Shown: positions 1-9,516 of the stretch, one piece after another | How positions within the stretch are numbered: position 1 is the stretch's first letter | Layout: each line of letters opens with the position of its first letter | Source: Candidatus Gastranaerophilales bacterium | GTDB taxonomy: Bacteria > Cyanobacteriota > Vampirovibrionia > Gastranaerophilales > Gastranaerophilaceae | DNA: 64,000 nt | Direction: 5' to 3' | NCBI GenBank assembly: GCA_944325155.1 | Contig: CALUYY010000003.1 | Coordinates: 90,257 to 154,256 of the forward strand | The notes under the pieces: model-generated | Told to the model about the DNA's origin: nothing | The model's database searches: none | The model's input: the letters and a program-made list of their open reading frames with translations, nothing else | Position numbers and translations under genes: made by a program

Positions 1-1553
1 CAATTTCAATTTTAAGAGGGTTAAAAGAAAAATATGAAGTCCACCACGGAGTAAGAATTAAAGACTCCGCCCTTGTTGCTGCGGCACAATTATCAAACAG
101 ATATATAACGGACAGATTTCTGCCCGATAAAGCAATCGATTTGGTTGATGAGGCGGCATCATCCGTTAGAATTGAAATTGATTCAATGCCTGAAGAGCTT
201 GATAAGCTTGAAAGACAAAAACTTCAACTGCAAATTGAACTTGAAAGCTTAAAAGAAGATAACGACACGGAAAAAATCGAAAGAGTAACAAAATCGTTAA
301 ATGAAATTTCAAAACAGGCAGACATTTTAAAAGAACAATGGCTTAAAGAAAAATCATCCTTAAATGATGAAGTTACCATAAAACAGGAAATTGAACGCAC
401 AAAAGTTGAAATTGATAATGCGGAAAGACAGGCAAATCTTGAGCAGGCGGCAAAATTAAAATACGGAAAACTGCCCGAATTAATGAAAAAACTTGAAGAA
501 GCGCAAAATAAAGATAATAAAAAAGAAAAAAATTCGCTTCTCAGAGAAGAAATAACGGACGAAGACATAGCGGAAGTTGTTTCAAAATGGACGGGCGTTC
601 CCGTTTCAAAACTTGTCGAATCGGAAAACGAAAAACTTCTTCAAATGGAAGAAGTTCTCCATAAACGTGTTATAGGTCAAAATGAAGCGGTGGGCGTTGT
701 TTCGGATTCTATCCGCCGTGCACGCTCCGGCTTAAAAGATCCCAAACGCCCGATTGGAACATTTTTATTCCTGGGACCCACGGGCGTCGGTAAAACCGAG
801 CTTGCAAAAGCGCTGTCTGAATTTATGTTTCAGGATGAAGACGCATTGATTAGAATCGATATGTCAGAATATATGGAAAAACATTCTGTTGCAAGACTTA
901 TAGGCGCACCCCCCGGTTATGTCGGATACGATGAAGGCGGACAATTGACGGAAAAAGTAAGAAGAAAACCGTATTCCGTTATATTGTTTGATGAAATCGA
1001 AAAAGCACACTATGATGTCTTTAACATAATGCTTCAAATCTTTGATGACGGCAGATTGACCGATTCCAAAGGAAGAACGGTTGATTTTAAAAACACGATT
1101 ATAATTTTAACATCAAACATAGGTTCCGACATTATTCTTGACAGAGCGGTAAAAGGGTTATTATCTGCCGATGAAAAAGAGAAAACCAAAGAAGAAGTAA
1201 AAGAAAGACTTAAAGAACACTTCCGCCCCGAATTCTTAAACAGAATAGACGAAACGGTATATTTTGAAGCTTTAACTTTGGATGATTTGAATAAAATCGT
1301 TGATATTCAGGTAAATTACTTAAAAGACCTTCTTAAAGAAAGAAAAATCGATTTTGAAATTACACCTGACGCCAAAGATAAACTTGCCCTTGAAGGATAT
1401 AACCCGATCTACGGTGCAAGACCCTTAAAACGTGTTATAAGACAAAAAATAGAAAATCCGCTTTCAAAAGCAATTCTAAAAGGCGAATTCACGGACGGCG
1501 ACAAAATCATAATTGATGTTAAAGATGATGAAATAACTTTTAATAAAGGATAA
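1..1553 (+). CDS. clpB: ATP-dependent chaperone ClpB, C-terminal ~516 aa (5-prime end lies upstream of window)
   Basis: Frame is open from nt 3 with no start in the window (ISILRGLKEKYEVHHGVRIKDSALVAAAQLSNRYITDRFLPDKAIDLVDEA). Coiled-coil middle domain. Second AAA+ module has Walker A GPTGVGKT, Walker B ILFDEIEKAH and sensor-2 GARPLKR. Confidence 0.95.
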   Translation, partial: ISILRGLKEKYEVHHGVRIKDSALVAAAQLSNRYITDRFLPDKAIDLVDEAASSVRIEIDSMPEELDKLERQKLQLQIELESLKEDNDTEKIERVTKSLNEISKQADILKEQWLKEKSSLNDEVTIKQEIERTKVEIDNAERQANLEQAAKLKYGKLPELMKKLEEAQNKDNKKEKNSLLREEITDEDIAEVVSKWTGVPVSKLVESENEKLLQMEEVLHKRVIGQNEAVGVVSDSIRRARSGLKDPKRPIGTFLFLGPTGVGKTELAKALSEFMFQDEDALIRIDMSEYMEKHSVARLIGAPPGYVGYDEGGQLTEKVRRKPYSVILFDEIEKAHYDVFNIMLQIFDDGRLTDSKGRTVDFKNTIIILTSNIGSDIILDRAVKGLLSADEKEKTKEEVKERLKEHFRPEFLNRIDETVYFEALTLDDLNKIVDIQVNYLKDLLKERKIDFEITPDAKDKLALEGYNPIYGARPLKRVIRQKIENPLSKAILKGEFTDGDKIIIDVKDDEITFNKG

Positions 1554-1566
1554 CATAAGACAAATT

Positions 1567-1594
1567 AAAAGCGGGTATTATACCCGCTTTTTTT
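1567..1594. terminator. Bidirectional rho-independent terminator between convergent clpB and the CBS/CorC gene
   Basis: AAAA-GCGGGTA-TTA-TACCCGC-TTTTTTT. 7-bp GC-rich stem, 3-nt loop, A-run and T-run on the flanks. Confidence 0.8.
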
Positions 1595-1597
1595 AAA

Positions 1598-2971
1598 TTA
1601 ATTATTATCCTGAAGTGATTGGGTTTCTTCATCAACGGGTTCTTCTTTTTTCGGAGCAATTATTTTAATTTTTACTATTCTTGCACCGTCCGTTTTTACA
1701 ACTCTGAATTCAAACCCGTCAATTGTACAAATATCGCCTTCTTTTGCAATATGCCCCAAATATTTAATAACAAGCCCGCCGATTGTTTCAATATCTTCGT
1801 CTTCAACTTCGTTTTGCGCTTCAAGATTAAAATAATCGTTAAATTCGTCAATTCTAAGCATGGCATTTGCTATGTATTCTCTTTCGCCGATTTGTTTAAT
1901 ATCGGCTTCTTCCTCTTCGTCAAACTCGTCTTGAACTTCGCCCACGATTTCTTCCAAGACATCTTCCATTGTAATTAACCCGGAAACTCCGCCGAATTCA
2001 TCAATTACAAGCGCCATTTGGGATTTTTTCTGTTTAAATTCATGAACAAGTTTATCTACCGTTAAGGTTTCCGGAACCAAAATTGCGGGTCTTATGATTT
2101 TTCTTAAATTAATTTCTTTTCCTTCGACAACAAGAGGGTATAAATCTTTTAAGTGAAGTATTCCTATAACTTTATCCAAGTCTTCTTCGTAAACGGGATA
2201 TCTTGTATACTGGTTTTCGATTGTAAGTTTTTTCAGTTCTTCCTGTGTAATATCAACAGGGATTGAAACAACATCGGGTCTCGGGACCATAACCTGTTTT
2301 GCAAGAATATCGGAAAATTTAAATACGTTTTGAAGAATTTCTTTTTCGGTATCGTTTAAAACGCCTTCTTTATGGGATTCATCAATAATCATGTCAAGTT
2401 CTTCAACCGTATGGACAAGATGACCCACATGTGCGGGCGGAATTTTTAATAAAGATAAAAGCCAGTTGCCAAAACCGTTTAATAAAAATATAAAAGGCGT
2501 AAAAATCTTTGTTACGACAGACATAGGTTTTGCAACAATTAAAGCTGTTTTTTCGGGGTGCTGGATTGCAATTGATTTAGGCATTAATTCGCCGATTACG
2601 ACATGCAAAAATGTAATTAACGAAAACGCTATAACAACCGCCGTTGAATGGGTTGCCCCCGCACGCAAAGACTCGGGCAAAAACCCGAAAACAGGCTCGA
2701 TTAATTTAACAAGCGTTGCTTCCCCGACCCACCCGAGGCCGATACTTGCAATTGTAATACCCAATTGGACGGCCGCAATTGATCTGTCCAGATGGTTAAT
2801 CGAATCAAGGGCAATAGCAGCCATTTTATCGCCTTCTTTTGAAAGCTGGAAAATTCTTGTCTTTCTGACCGAAACAAGCGCAAACTCGGTAGCCACAAAA
2901 AAGCCGTTTGCAAATAATAAAAGTGCTACAATAAATAAATTTAGTCCTATAGGTCCTGTCTCAGGGTGCAT
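1598..2971 (-). CDS. CNNM/HlyC-CorC family transporter (DUF21 membrane domain + CBS pair + CorC_HlyC C-terminal domain)
   Basis: 457 aa. N-terminal TM helices with FVATEFALVS, a central CBS pair (VMVPRPDVVSIP ... VIGILHLKDL ... ALVIDEFGGVSGLITMEDVLEEIVGE), and a C-terminal transporter-associated domain. Confidence 0.85.
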   Translation of the reverse strand: MHPETGPIGLNLFIVALLLFANGFFVATEFALVSVRKTRIFQLSKEGDKMAAIALDSINHLDRSIAAVQLGITIASIGLGWVGEATLVKLIEPVFGFLPESLRAGATHSTAVVIAFSLITFLHVVIGELMPKSIAIQHPEKTALIVAKPMSVVTKIFTPFIFLLNGFGNWLLSLLKIPPAHVGHLVHTVEELDMIIDESHKEGVLNDTEKEILQNVFKFSDILAKQVMVPRPDVVSIPVDITQEELKKLTIENQYTRYPVYEEDLDKVIGILHLKDLYPLVVEGKEINLRKIIRPAILVPETLTVDKLVHEFKQKKSQMALVIDEFGGVSGLITMEDVLEEIVGEVQDEFDEEEEADIKQIGEREYIANAMLRIDEFNDYFNLEAQNEVEDEDIETIGGLVIKYLGHIAKEGDICTIDGFEFRVVKTDGARIVKIKIIAPKKEEPVDEETQSLQDNN

Positions 2972-3129
2972 TTTCTATTCCCGTAATAAAATCTTTTTTA
3001 ATTATATTATTAAATCGATTTTTTTTCAAATTTTAAGCTTTCTCTTAATATAACCAAAGATATTACCATAAGGGATAATGTTTTATATTTTGAATTTTCT
3101 TAAAATTTTAAAAAAGGAAGTTTAAAATT

Positions 3130-3468
3130 ATGAAAAAATTTTTTATTCTTATATGTTTATTGTTTTTAGTCAATAAAGGTTTTTGTTATGAAATATATGA
3201 TGCGACCTGGTGCAGAAAAAACGGCGGAATTATTGAATTTGACATTAATCAAAACATAAATTTTAACTGCATTATGCTTGATTTTAAAAAGACTCCTTAC
3301 ATAAAAGAAGTTTATAATATTATCTGCATTCCTTATTATTCTTCAATTATAAATAATAAAGAACCGGTGTTTTTAAAAATGGTGGGCGATATAGAAAATA
3401 AAAAAAATTCAATTTTTGATAAATTCGACTGGAAAATAACGGAAAATGAGCTTTTAAGATTTATATAA
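3130..3468 (+). CDS. small secreted hypothetical protein
   Basis: 112 aa. Signal-peptide-like N-terminus MKKFFILICLLFLVNKGFC, AAGGAAG upstream of the ATG, own hairpin downstream. No recognisable family. Confidence 0.5.
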   Translation: MKKFFILICLLFLVNKGFCYEIYDATWCRKNGGIIEFDINQNINFNCIMLDFKKTPYIKEVYNIICIPYYSSIINNKEPVFLKMVGDIENKKNSIFDKFDWKITENELLRFI

Positions 3469-3472
3469 AATT

Positions 3473-3495
3473 AAGCCCTTCTAAAAGAAGGGCTT
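3473..3495. terminator. Hairpin between convergent genes (3130 ORF and serA)
   Basis: AAGCCCTTC-TAAAA-GAAGGGCTT, a 9-bp stem. U-tract is weak on the + side and better on the - side (AATTTTAT). Confidence 0.5.
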
Positions 3496-3501
3496 AACAA
3501 T

Positions 3502-5088
3502 TTAAAGACTTATGAATTTTGAATTTTGAATATCTTTTATTTTATCAATTTCAAGAAGCGTTTCTTTATTAACTTTATCATCCGTATTTATTATCATTAA
3601 GCTTATATCATCGGATGAATTTTGTTTTTGCGCAACCTGCATTTTTGAAATATTTACGTTATCTTTTCCTAAAACCCCTGCCACCTGCGCAATCATATTC
3701 GGCTGGTTTTTATGCGGAACAAGAAGCATAAATTTATCGGGTTCGATTGATGTTATATATTCGTTCAATTTAACAATTCTTGCAACATTTTGAGCAACAA
3801 GAGCACCCTGAACTTCAACGCAGCTTTTATCGCCCTGGAGTTTAACGGTAATTGAACCTATATAATCCGTTGATTGTTCCGATTTTTTCGTTGTAACGTT
3901 TATTCCTCTTTGTTTTGCAATAAAAGGAGCATTTACATAATTAACCCCTATAAGGTTTGAAGCCAAAACCCCTTTTAAAACGGCAACTTCTAAAGGCGAA
4001 ACATCGAGGTTGGCAAGAGTTCCTTTAACTTCAATTTCAATACTTCTTAAATTGCCGTCTAAAATTTGTGCGGCAATTTTTGAAATATTTTCCGCAATCG
4101 GCATATAATCTTTAACGGGTTCAAGCTTTTGCGGTTTTAGGGAAGGAATATTAACCGCACTCGTTGCGTCCCCGCCCGATAAAACCTCTTTTACCTGATG
4201 AGCAACATCCAATGCAACATTTATTTGCGCTTCATCCGTGCTTGCGCCCAAATGCGGAGTTAAAACAACATTTTTGCCGAATTTAATTAAAGGGCAATCT
4301 TGAATATTTTTTTCATCTTCGTAAACATCAATGGCGCATGCTGCCACCTGTCCCGATTCCAATGCGGCGCACAGTGCTTTTTCGTTTATTATTCCGCCTC
4401 TTGCGCAGTTTATAAGCCTTACGCCTTTTTTCATTCTGTTTATCGTGTTTTCGTTTATAAGAGATGTCGTTTCTTTTGTTTTAGGTGTGTGGACGGTGAT
4501 AAAATCGGGAAGCGCCCAGAAATCATCAAGGTGTTCAACATATTTTGCGCCGAATTTTTCAACGTATTCTTTTGTGGCATAAGGATCGAAAACAACAAGT
4601 TTCATACCGAGCGCAAGCGCAACATGCCCCACATGCTGTCCGATTTTTCCAAAGCCTATAATCCCCAGGGTTTTTCCGAAAACTTCAACGCCCGTGAATT
4701 TTGATCTTTCCCATAAACCCTGTTTTACGGAAGCGTCCGCAACCGGAATATTTCTGTTCATTGCCATCATCATTGCAATTGTATGCTCCGCCGCTGCGTT
4801 TGTGTTGCCGTCCGGAGAATTTACGACGATAATACCTTTTTTTGTTGCGGCGTCAAGGTCGATATTATCAACGCCGACACCCGCCCTTCCTATAATTTTC
4901 ATATTACGGGCGGCTTCAATAATTCTTGCGGTAACTTTTGTCTGGCTTCTGACCAAAAGCGCATCATAATCGCCTATAATTTCAACAAGTTTATCCTCGT
5001 CCATCGTTGGCAGATTATCGACTTCGGCTACGTCGGATACAATCTTTACCGCAGCCTCGTTTATTTTATCGGTTATTAATACTTTCAT
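3502..5088 (-). CDS. serA: D-3-phosphoglycerate dehydrogenase, long form with C-terminal ASB and ACT domains
   Basis: 528 aa. MKVLITDKI start, NAD-binding GIIGFGKIGQHVG, catalytic region LINCARGGIINE ... TPHLGAST, C-terminal regulatory domains. Confidence 0.92.
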   Translation of the reverse strand: MKVLITDKINEAAVKIVSDVAEVDNLPTMDEDKLVEIIGDYDALLVRSQTKVTARIIEAARNMKIIGRAGVGVDNIDLDAATKKGIIVVNSPDGNTNAAAEHTIAMMMAMNRNIPVADASVKQGLWERSKFTGVEVFGKTLGIIGFGKIGQHVGHVALALGMKLVVFDPYATKEYVEKFGAKYVEHLDDFWALPDFITVHTPKTKETTSLINENTINRMKKGVRLINCARGGIINEKALCAALESGQVAACAIDVYEDEKNIQDCPLIKFGKNVVLTPHLGASTDEAQINVALDVAHQVKEVLSGGDATSAVNIPSLKPQKLEPVKDYMPIAENISKIAAQILDGNLRSIEIEVKGTLANLDVSPLEVAVLKGVLASNLIGVNYVNAPFIAKQRGINVTTKKSEQSTDYIGSITVKLQGDKSCVEVQGALVAQNVARIVKLNEYITSIEPDKFMLLVPHKNQPNMIAQVAGVLGKDNVNISKMQVAQKQNSSDDISLMIINTDDKVNKETLLEIDKIKDIQNSKFISL

Positions 5089-5098
5089 TTCTTTATCC

Positions 5099-6199
5099 TT
5101 ATTTTTTGAGTTCGTCTATCGTTTCTTTTAATGAAGCTAATGCGGTTAAAACATCTCTTCTTGAAACAAAACCTAATGTTCCCATTCTGAAGATTTTGTC
5201 TTTAAGGTCATTTTGACCGTTTGCAACCGTTATATCATATTTTTCTTTTAAAGTTTTCCTGATATCGGGAACGCTTACCCCTTCGGGCGGAAGAACGGCT
5301 GTTATTGCATAGCTTGCAATTTTTTCATCTTCAACAAAAAGTTTAAGCCCCATATCTTTAATGCCCTGTCTTAACAACATCGCATTTTCTTTATGTCTTG
5401 CAAAGATATTATCAAGCCCTTCTTCTTTCATCATCTCCAATGCGCTGTCCAGTGCAACGATTAAATTAACTGCGGGAGTCCAGGGAGTTGTATCTTTTTC
5501 AAGATTCTTTTTATAATCAGTCCAATTAAAATAAAAATCGGGGTAAACGCATTTTTTATGAACTTCGAAAGCTCTGTCGTTTGCAGCCAAAAATGCAAGC
5601 CCGGGAGGAATCATAAACCCTTTTTGGGAACCCGAAATTAAAACGTCTATTCCCCATTCATCCATTCTGCATTCAAGCGCACCCAGTGATGTAATACCGT
5701 CAACAACGCTTATGGCGCCATGGTTTTTAATTAATGCCGCAAGCTCCTTAACGGGGTTTGTAACACCCGTTGAGGTTTCGTTGTGTGTCATTGTAACGAT
5801 TTTAATTTCTTTATTTACGTCTTTATCCAAAATTTCTTTTAAATCATCGGGGTTAATTGCTTTGCCGTACGGAACTTCAAGCTCAATAACTTCCGCCCCT
5901 CTCATCTTGGCGATTTTTGCCCAGCGCTTGCCAAAGTTACCGATTATAAGACATAAAACCTTATCGCCCTGATTAACAAGGTTTCCGATTGCACTGCACA
6001 TGGCACCCGTTCCGGATGATGTATAAATATGAACATCCGATTTTGTTTGAAAAACCCATTTTAAACCTTCTTCAACTCTTCTTAAAATCGCTGAAAACTC
6101 TTTGCTTCTGTGCCCTATGGGATGTTTTGCAAGAGCCAAAAGCACTCTTTCAGGCACCGGCGTAGGTCCCGGAATCATTAAAAATTCTTTATCATACAT
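5099..6199 (-). CDS. class-V (AGXT/serine-pyruvate type) aminotransferase, likely the phosphoserine aminotransferase partner of serA
   Basis: 366 aa. FLMIPGPTPVP N-terminus and PLP-lysine context SGSQKGFMIPPG. Lies 10 nt upstream of serA on the same strand. Confidence 0.8.
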   Translation of the reverse strand: MYDKEFLMIPGPTPVPERVLLALAKHPIGHRSKEFSAILRRVEEGLKWVFQTKSDVHIYTSSGTGAMCSAIGNLVNQGDKVLCLIIGNFGKRWAKIAKMRGAEVIELEVPYGKAINPDDLKEILDKDVNKEIKIVTMTHNETSTGVTNPVKELAALIKNHGAISVVDGITSLGALECRMDEWGIDVLISGSQKGFMIPPGLAFLAANDRAFEVHKKCVYPDFYFNWTDYKKNLEKDTTPWTPAVNLIVALDSALEMMKEEGLDNIFARHKENAMLLRQGIKDMGLKLFVEDEKIASYAITAVLPPEGVSVPDIRKTLKEKYDITVANGQNDLKDKIFRMGTLGFVSRRDVLTALASLKETIDELKK

Positions 6200-6227
6200 T
6201 TTAAAATCCTCCCCAAAATAATCTTTT

Positions 6228-7220
6228 TTATGATACCGAACAGGGTAAAAACGCCTGCGGATATGTATAGGTCAATTTAAAGCCCATTTGTTTATACATC
6301 TTCATGGCGGGAGCATTGTCATAGTCCGTGCTGACGTTAAGTCTGTTGACATCCAGTGCGCCCTGTCTGTTTAATTTAATAATTTCTTCAACGGTTTGTT
6401 TGAGCATAACTTCAGATAACCCCAAACCCCTGTGCTCGGGCAAAATTCCGACCAAAGGAATATTTGCGATTTCATTTCCCGTAACATTTGCAAGGCAAAA
6501 GCCCGCAACAAGATTTTCATGCAACAAAATTCTTGATGCCGAATCCAAAAATCTGCCGTAAATTTCTTCCGTGATTTTGTTTGTAATATCATCCGCCCCT
6601 TTAAGGGTTTTAAACCTCGGGTCAAAATAAACATCCGTTGTATTAATAAACGATTTAAAAATACAATCTCTTAATTCTTCTTTGTAAATATCTCTGTAAG
6701 GAACGATTTTATAGCCTATGGGAAGGTCCGTAAATCTGATTTTTTCAAGCGTTCTTGTCTCTTTTTTGTCGGTAATCGGAAAATCAAGAACGGCAAGATT
6801 TACAAAATGAAAACCGTAAGCTCTTATTGAATCTTTAAAATCTTCCTGACGCCCGAGCATGGGATAGCTTACAAGGCAAGATTTTCTTAAATCCGCAGTT
6901 TCTCTTAAAAAAGCTTCCAAGAGTCTTTTTCTTTTCTCGTTATGATTTTCATCCCCCAGACAATGAATTACGTATAATTCAATCGCATCTTCCTGTGCGG
7001 TTGAATAAGCAAGAAAAGCAGTCGGAATTGCGCCTTCAAGAAGAATAATGCATTTAATTATGCCTTTGTTGAAGTAATCCAAAAAATCGTTATATTCAAG
7101 CGGTTCCAGTTCAAAACGATAATCTTTTTTACAGTTAACCCGAAAATCGTTATAGGCGCCCATAAAAATTTTAAAATATTTTTCAGATAATACTTCCGTT
7201 TGATACATTAATATTGTCAT
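6228..7220 (-). CDS. GNAT-family N-acetyltransferase (two-lobed, 330 aa)
   Basis: Acetyl-CoA binding motif LPEHRGLGLSEVMLKQ near the C-terminus. Substrate not inferable. Confidence 0.6.
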   Translation of the reverse strand: MTILMYQTEVLSEKYFKIFMGAYNDFRVNCKKDYRFELEPLEYNDFLDYFNKGIIKCIILLEGAIPTAFLAYSTAQEDAIELYVIHCLGDENHNEKRKRLLEAFLRETADLRKSCLVSYPMLGRQEDFKDSIRAYGFHFVNLAVLDFPITDKKETRTLEKIRFTDLPIGYKIVPYRDIYKEELRDCIFKSFINTTDVYFDPRFKTLKGADDITNKITEEIYGRFLDSASRILLHENLVAGFCLANVTGNEIANIPLVGILPEHRGLGLSEVMLKQTVEEIIKLNRQGALDVNRLNVSTDYDNAPAMKMYKQMGFKLTYTYPQAFLPCSVS

Positions 7221-7222
7221 CC

Positions 7223-8488
7223 TTAATTTACGCTAATTATATCACAAAGATTTTTTATATCTTCCAACTTCGCCTTTTCATTGTTAACATCTTTATACAT
7301 ATGTTTCATTCTTTTGATTTTTGTATTGATATATTTCTTGTTATATTCGGTAATTTTGGGTTCAATCGCAACCCTTTCCCTTACTTTTAAACCGTATCCG
7401 GTCAAAGCCACGATTTTTTTCGGGTTATTGGTTATAAGGTCAAATTCGCCGTATCCCAAATCAACAAGAATTTGCGCACCGGTGCCGTAGTTCCTTAAAT
7501 CCGATTTAAAGCCCAGAGATATGTTTGCATCAACCGTATCCTGCCCCATATCCTGCAGTTTATAAGCTTTTAATTTATTAATTAAGCCTATTCCCCTTCC
7601 TTCATGGTCCCTTATATATACAAGAGCGCCTTTGCCGTATGAAGCTATCATCTTCAGAGAATCAGTCAGCTGCTGGTTACAATCGCATTTTAAACTGTGG
7701 AAAATATCACCCGTAAGACACTCGGAATGCATTCTGATTAAAGGAACCTTATCGGTTTTATCATCCTTAACCAATGCCACATGTTCAACACCCGTAAGTT
7801 CATCAAGATAACCGTATATCTCGAAATCCCCGAATTCCGTAGGCAGAGGTGTTTGAACCATTCTTTTTATGTGTCTTTCAAACCCGAGGCGGTATTCAAT
7901 TAAATCGGCAACGGTTATAATTTTTATATTATATTTTTTTGCAAATTCAAATAAATCATCTCTTCTTGCCATTGTGCCGTCATCGTTTGTAATTTCGCAA
8001 ATGACGCCCATCGGTTTTAACCCGGACAATCTTGCAAGGTCAACTGCGGTTTCTGTGTGCCCCGCTCTTTTTAAAACTCCCCCTTCTTTTGCGATTAAGG
8101 GGAAAATATGCCCCGGCCGCCTCAAATCTTCGGGTTTTGAATCGTTATCGGCTATAACTTGAATTGTTTTTGCTCTGTCAAATGCCGAAATTCCCGTTGT
8201 AATACCGAATTTGGGGTCGCCGTCCACACTTTGGGTAAAATTTGTGCCCTTAATATCGGTATTGTGTTCAACCATAGGATTTATATTAAGCCTTTTTGCG
8301 GCTTCATCGGTTATTGCAAGACAAACAAGCCCCCTGCAGTTTTTAATCATAAAGTTAATTTTTTCAGCCGTTACAAATTCGGCGGGAAAAATTAAATCGC
8401 CTTCGTTTTCTCTGTCCTCATCATCAGCAACGATAACGGGGTTTCCTTTTTTAAATTCTTCGATTGCTTCTTTGATTGTGTTAAACAT
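7223..8488 (-). CDS. ribBA: bifunctional 3,4-dihydroxy-2-butanone-4-phosphate synthase / GTP cyclohydrolase II
   Basis: 421 aa. DHBP synthase motifs DDEDRENEGDLIF and GHTE. GCH-II zinc motif HSECLTGDIFHSLKCDC. Confidence 0.93.
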   Translation of the reverse strand: MFNTIKEAIEEFKKGNPVIVADDEDRENEGDLIFPAEFVTAEKINFMIKNCRGLVCLAITDEAAKRLNINPMVEHNTDIKGTNFTQSVDGDPKFGITTGISAFDRAKTIQVIADNDSKPEDLRRPGHIFPLIAKEGGVLKRAGHTETAVDLARLSGLKPMGVICEITNDDGTMARRDDLFEFAKKYNIKIITVADLIEYRLGFERHIKRMVQTPLPTEFGDFEIYGYLDELTGVEHVALVKDDKTDKVPLIRMHSECLTGDIFHSLKCDCNQQLTDSLKMIASYGKGALVYIRDHEGRGIGLINKLKAYKLQDMGQDTVDANISLGFKSDLRNYGTGAQILVDLGYGEFDLITNNPKKIVALTGYGLKVRERVAIEPKITEYNKKYINTKIKRMKHMYKDVNNEKAKLEDIKNLCDIISVN

Positions 8489-8506
8489 TTTTAATCGTCC
8501 TTATTT

Positions 8507-9133
8507 TTAAAAGCCGTTTTCAATCAAAAATTCTTCCGTTATTTTTGATTCTTTTTTTTGTTCAAAAAATTTTTTAATGTATTTTGCGACCATATCATAT
8601 TCTATATTAACAATATCGTTTATTTTTAAATATTTAAGATTTGTGTTGTTAAATGTTTCGGGCAAAATCGAAACTTCAAAATTGTTAACGGCCGTTTCAA
8701 CAACGGTAAGGCTGACCCCGTTAACTGCAATTGAACCCTTTTTAACGATTAAATCCGTATCGCATTCAAAATTAAAAATTCTTGCAACACCGTCATTTTT
8801 AATTGAGTTTAATTTTGCCTTTGTGTCAATGTGTCCCGAAACCAGATGTCCGTCCAGCCTGTCGGACAATTTCATTGCAAGTTCAACGTTTACAAAATCG
8901 CCTTTTTTTAAAAAAGCCAGATTTGTAAGTCTTATAGTTTCATTCATCGCTTCAAAACTTAAAATTTTTCCTTCTTTTTTTATGACACTCAGGCATGCTC
9001 CGTTAATTGCAATTGAATCACCCTTTTTGATTTCATCGGTGCATAAATTAACCTCAAGGGAAAAAATTTTTCCTCCCGATAAATTAATTACTTCTTTTAT
9101 ACATCCTAAGTCTTGAACCAGTCCTGTAAACAT
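8507..9133 (-). CDS. ribE: riboflavin synthase alpha chain
   Basis: 208 aa. MFTGLVQDLG start and duplicated lumazine-binding repeats (SIAINGACLSV / SIAVNGVSLTV). Confidence 0.92.
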   Translation of the reverse strand: MFTGLVQDLGCIKEVINLSGGKIFSLEVNLCTDEIKKGDSIAINGACLSVIKKEGKILSFEAMNETIRLTNLAFLKKGDFVNVELAMKLSDRLDGHLVSGHIDTKAKLNSIKNDGVARIFNFECDTDLIVKKGSIAVNGVSLTVVETAVNNFEVSILPETFNNTNLKYLKINDIVNIEYDMVAKYIKKFFEQKKESKITEEFLIENGF

Positions 9134-9157
9134 AAGAAAAAATTACCATAAAAATAC

Positions 9158-9189
9158 AAAAAATGCGATTTAATTAAATCGCATTTTTT
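9158..9189 (-). terminator. AT-rich hairpin terminator/attenuator downstream of the 84-codon ORF, 25 nt upstream of ribE
   Basis: AAAAAATGCGATTTAATTAAATCGCATTTTTT. 9-bp stem with only 3 G:C pairs, U-run on both strands. Confidence 0.55.
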
Positions 9190-9244
9190 AATAATCAAAT
9201 CAAACCCTTGTGCTTTAATGCATTCGGAAAAAACCGCTTAAATT

Positions 9245-9499
9245 TTAAGCAAAATAATCAATTTTATTGCCGTTTAGGGTATATTCCCTGCAGCCTTTGA
9301 AATTGATATCGAGTTTTTCGCCTTCCTGCGCACTGTCCGTTTCAACCGGAGCTGGTTCTGCCGCAACGGGATTTGTAACGGGAGCAGGCTGCATTGGCAT
9401 TTCATCGTTGTTTTTCATTTTTCCGAAAACAACACGGGGAGCAACCATTGTTTTGTTTGCTATTACCTGATTTGCAGTCATAATAGGTTGTATATTCAT
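9245..9499 (-). CDS. small hypothetical protein (84 aa, Pro/Ala-rich acidic centre)
   Basis: GGAGG lies 5 nt before the ATG. Own promoter-like element and own terminator. Composition fits the genome, whereas the antisense ORF 9267..9470 is S/F/A-rich shadow. Confidence 0.6.
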   Translation of the reverse strand: MNIQPIMTANQVIANKTMVAPRVVFGKMKNNDEMPMQPAPVTNPVAAEPAPVETDSAQEGEKLDINFKGCREYTLNGNKIDYFA

Positions 9500-9516
9500 C
9501 CTAACCTCCGAATGGT

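Noticed and set aside
2466-3053. Long antisense ORFs inside well-supported genes. Examples: 224..568, 2466..3053, 4300..4704, 8577..9116, 11676..12089, 16418..16879, 31133..31546, 40240..40638, 42523..42822, 50811..51263 and 55142..55495.
   Set aside because: Each lies entirely within a CDS that has clear family motifs on the other strand. Their translations are Ser/Phe/Leu/Cys/Pro-rich with no motifs and no ribosome-binding sites. This is typical frame-shadow of the real gene.
9134-9330. Possible FMN (RFN) riboswitch upstream of ribE, with the 9158..9189 hairpin as its expression platform.
   Set aside because: The minus-strand sequence upstream of the hairpin lacks the conserved RFN strings I know (GCCGACAGT, AGTCTGGATG, the AGGGTGAAATTCCC-type helix). 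The required ~130 nt would overlap a well-signalled ORF. A covariance-model scan would be decisive.
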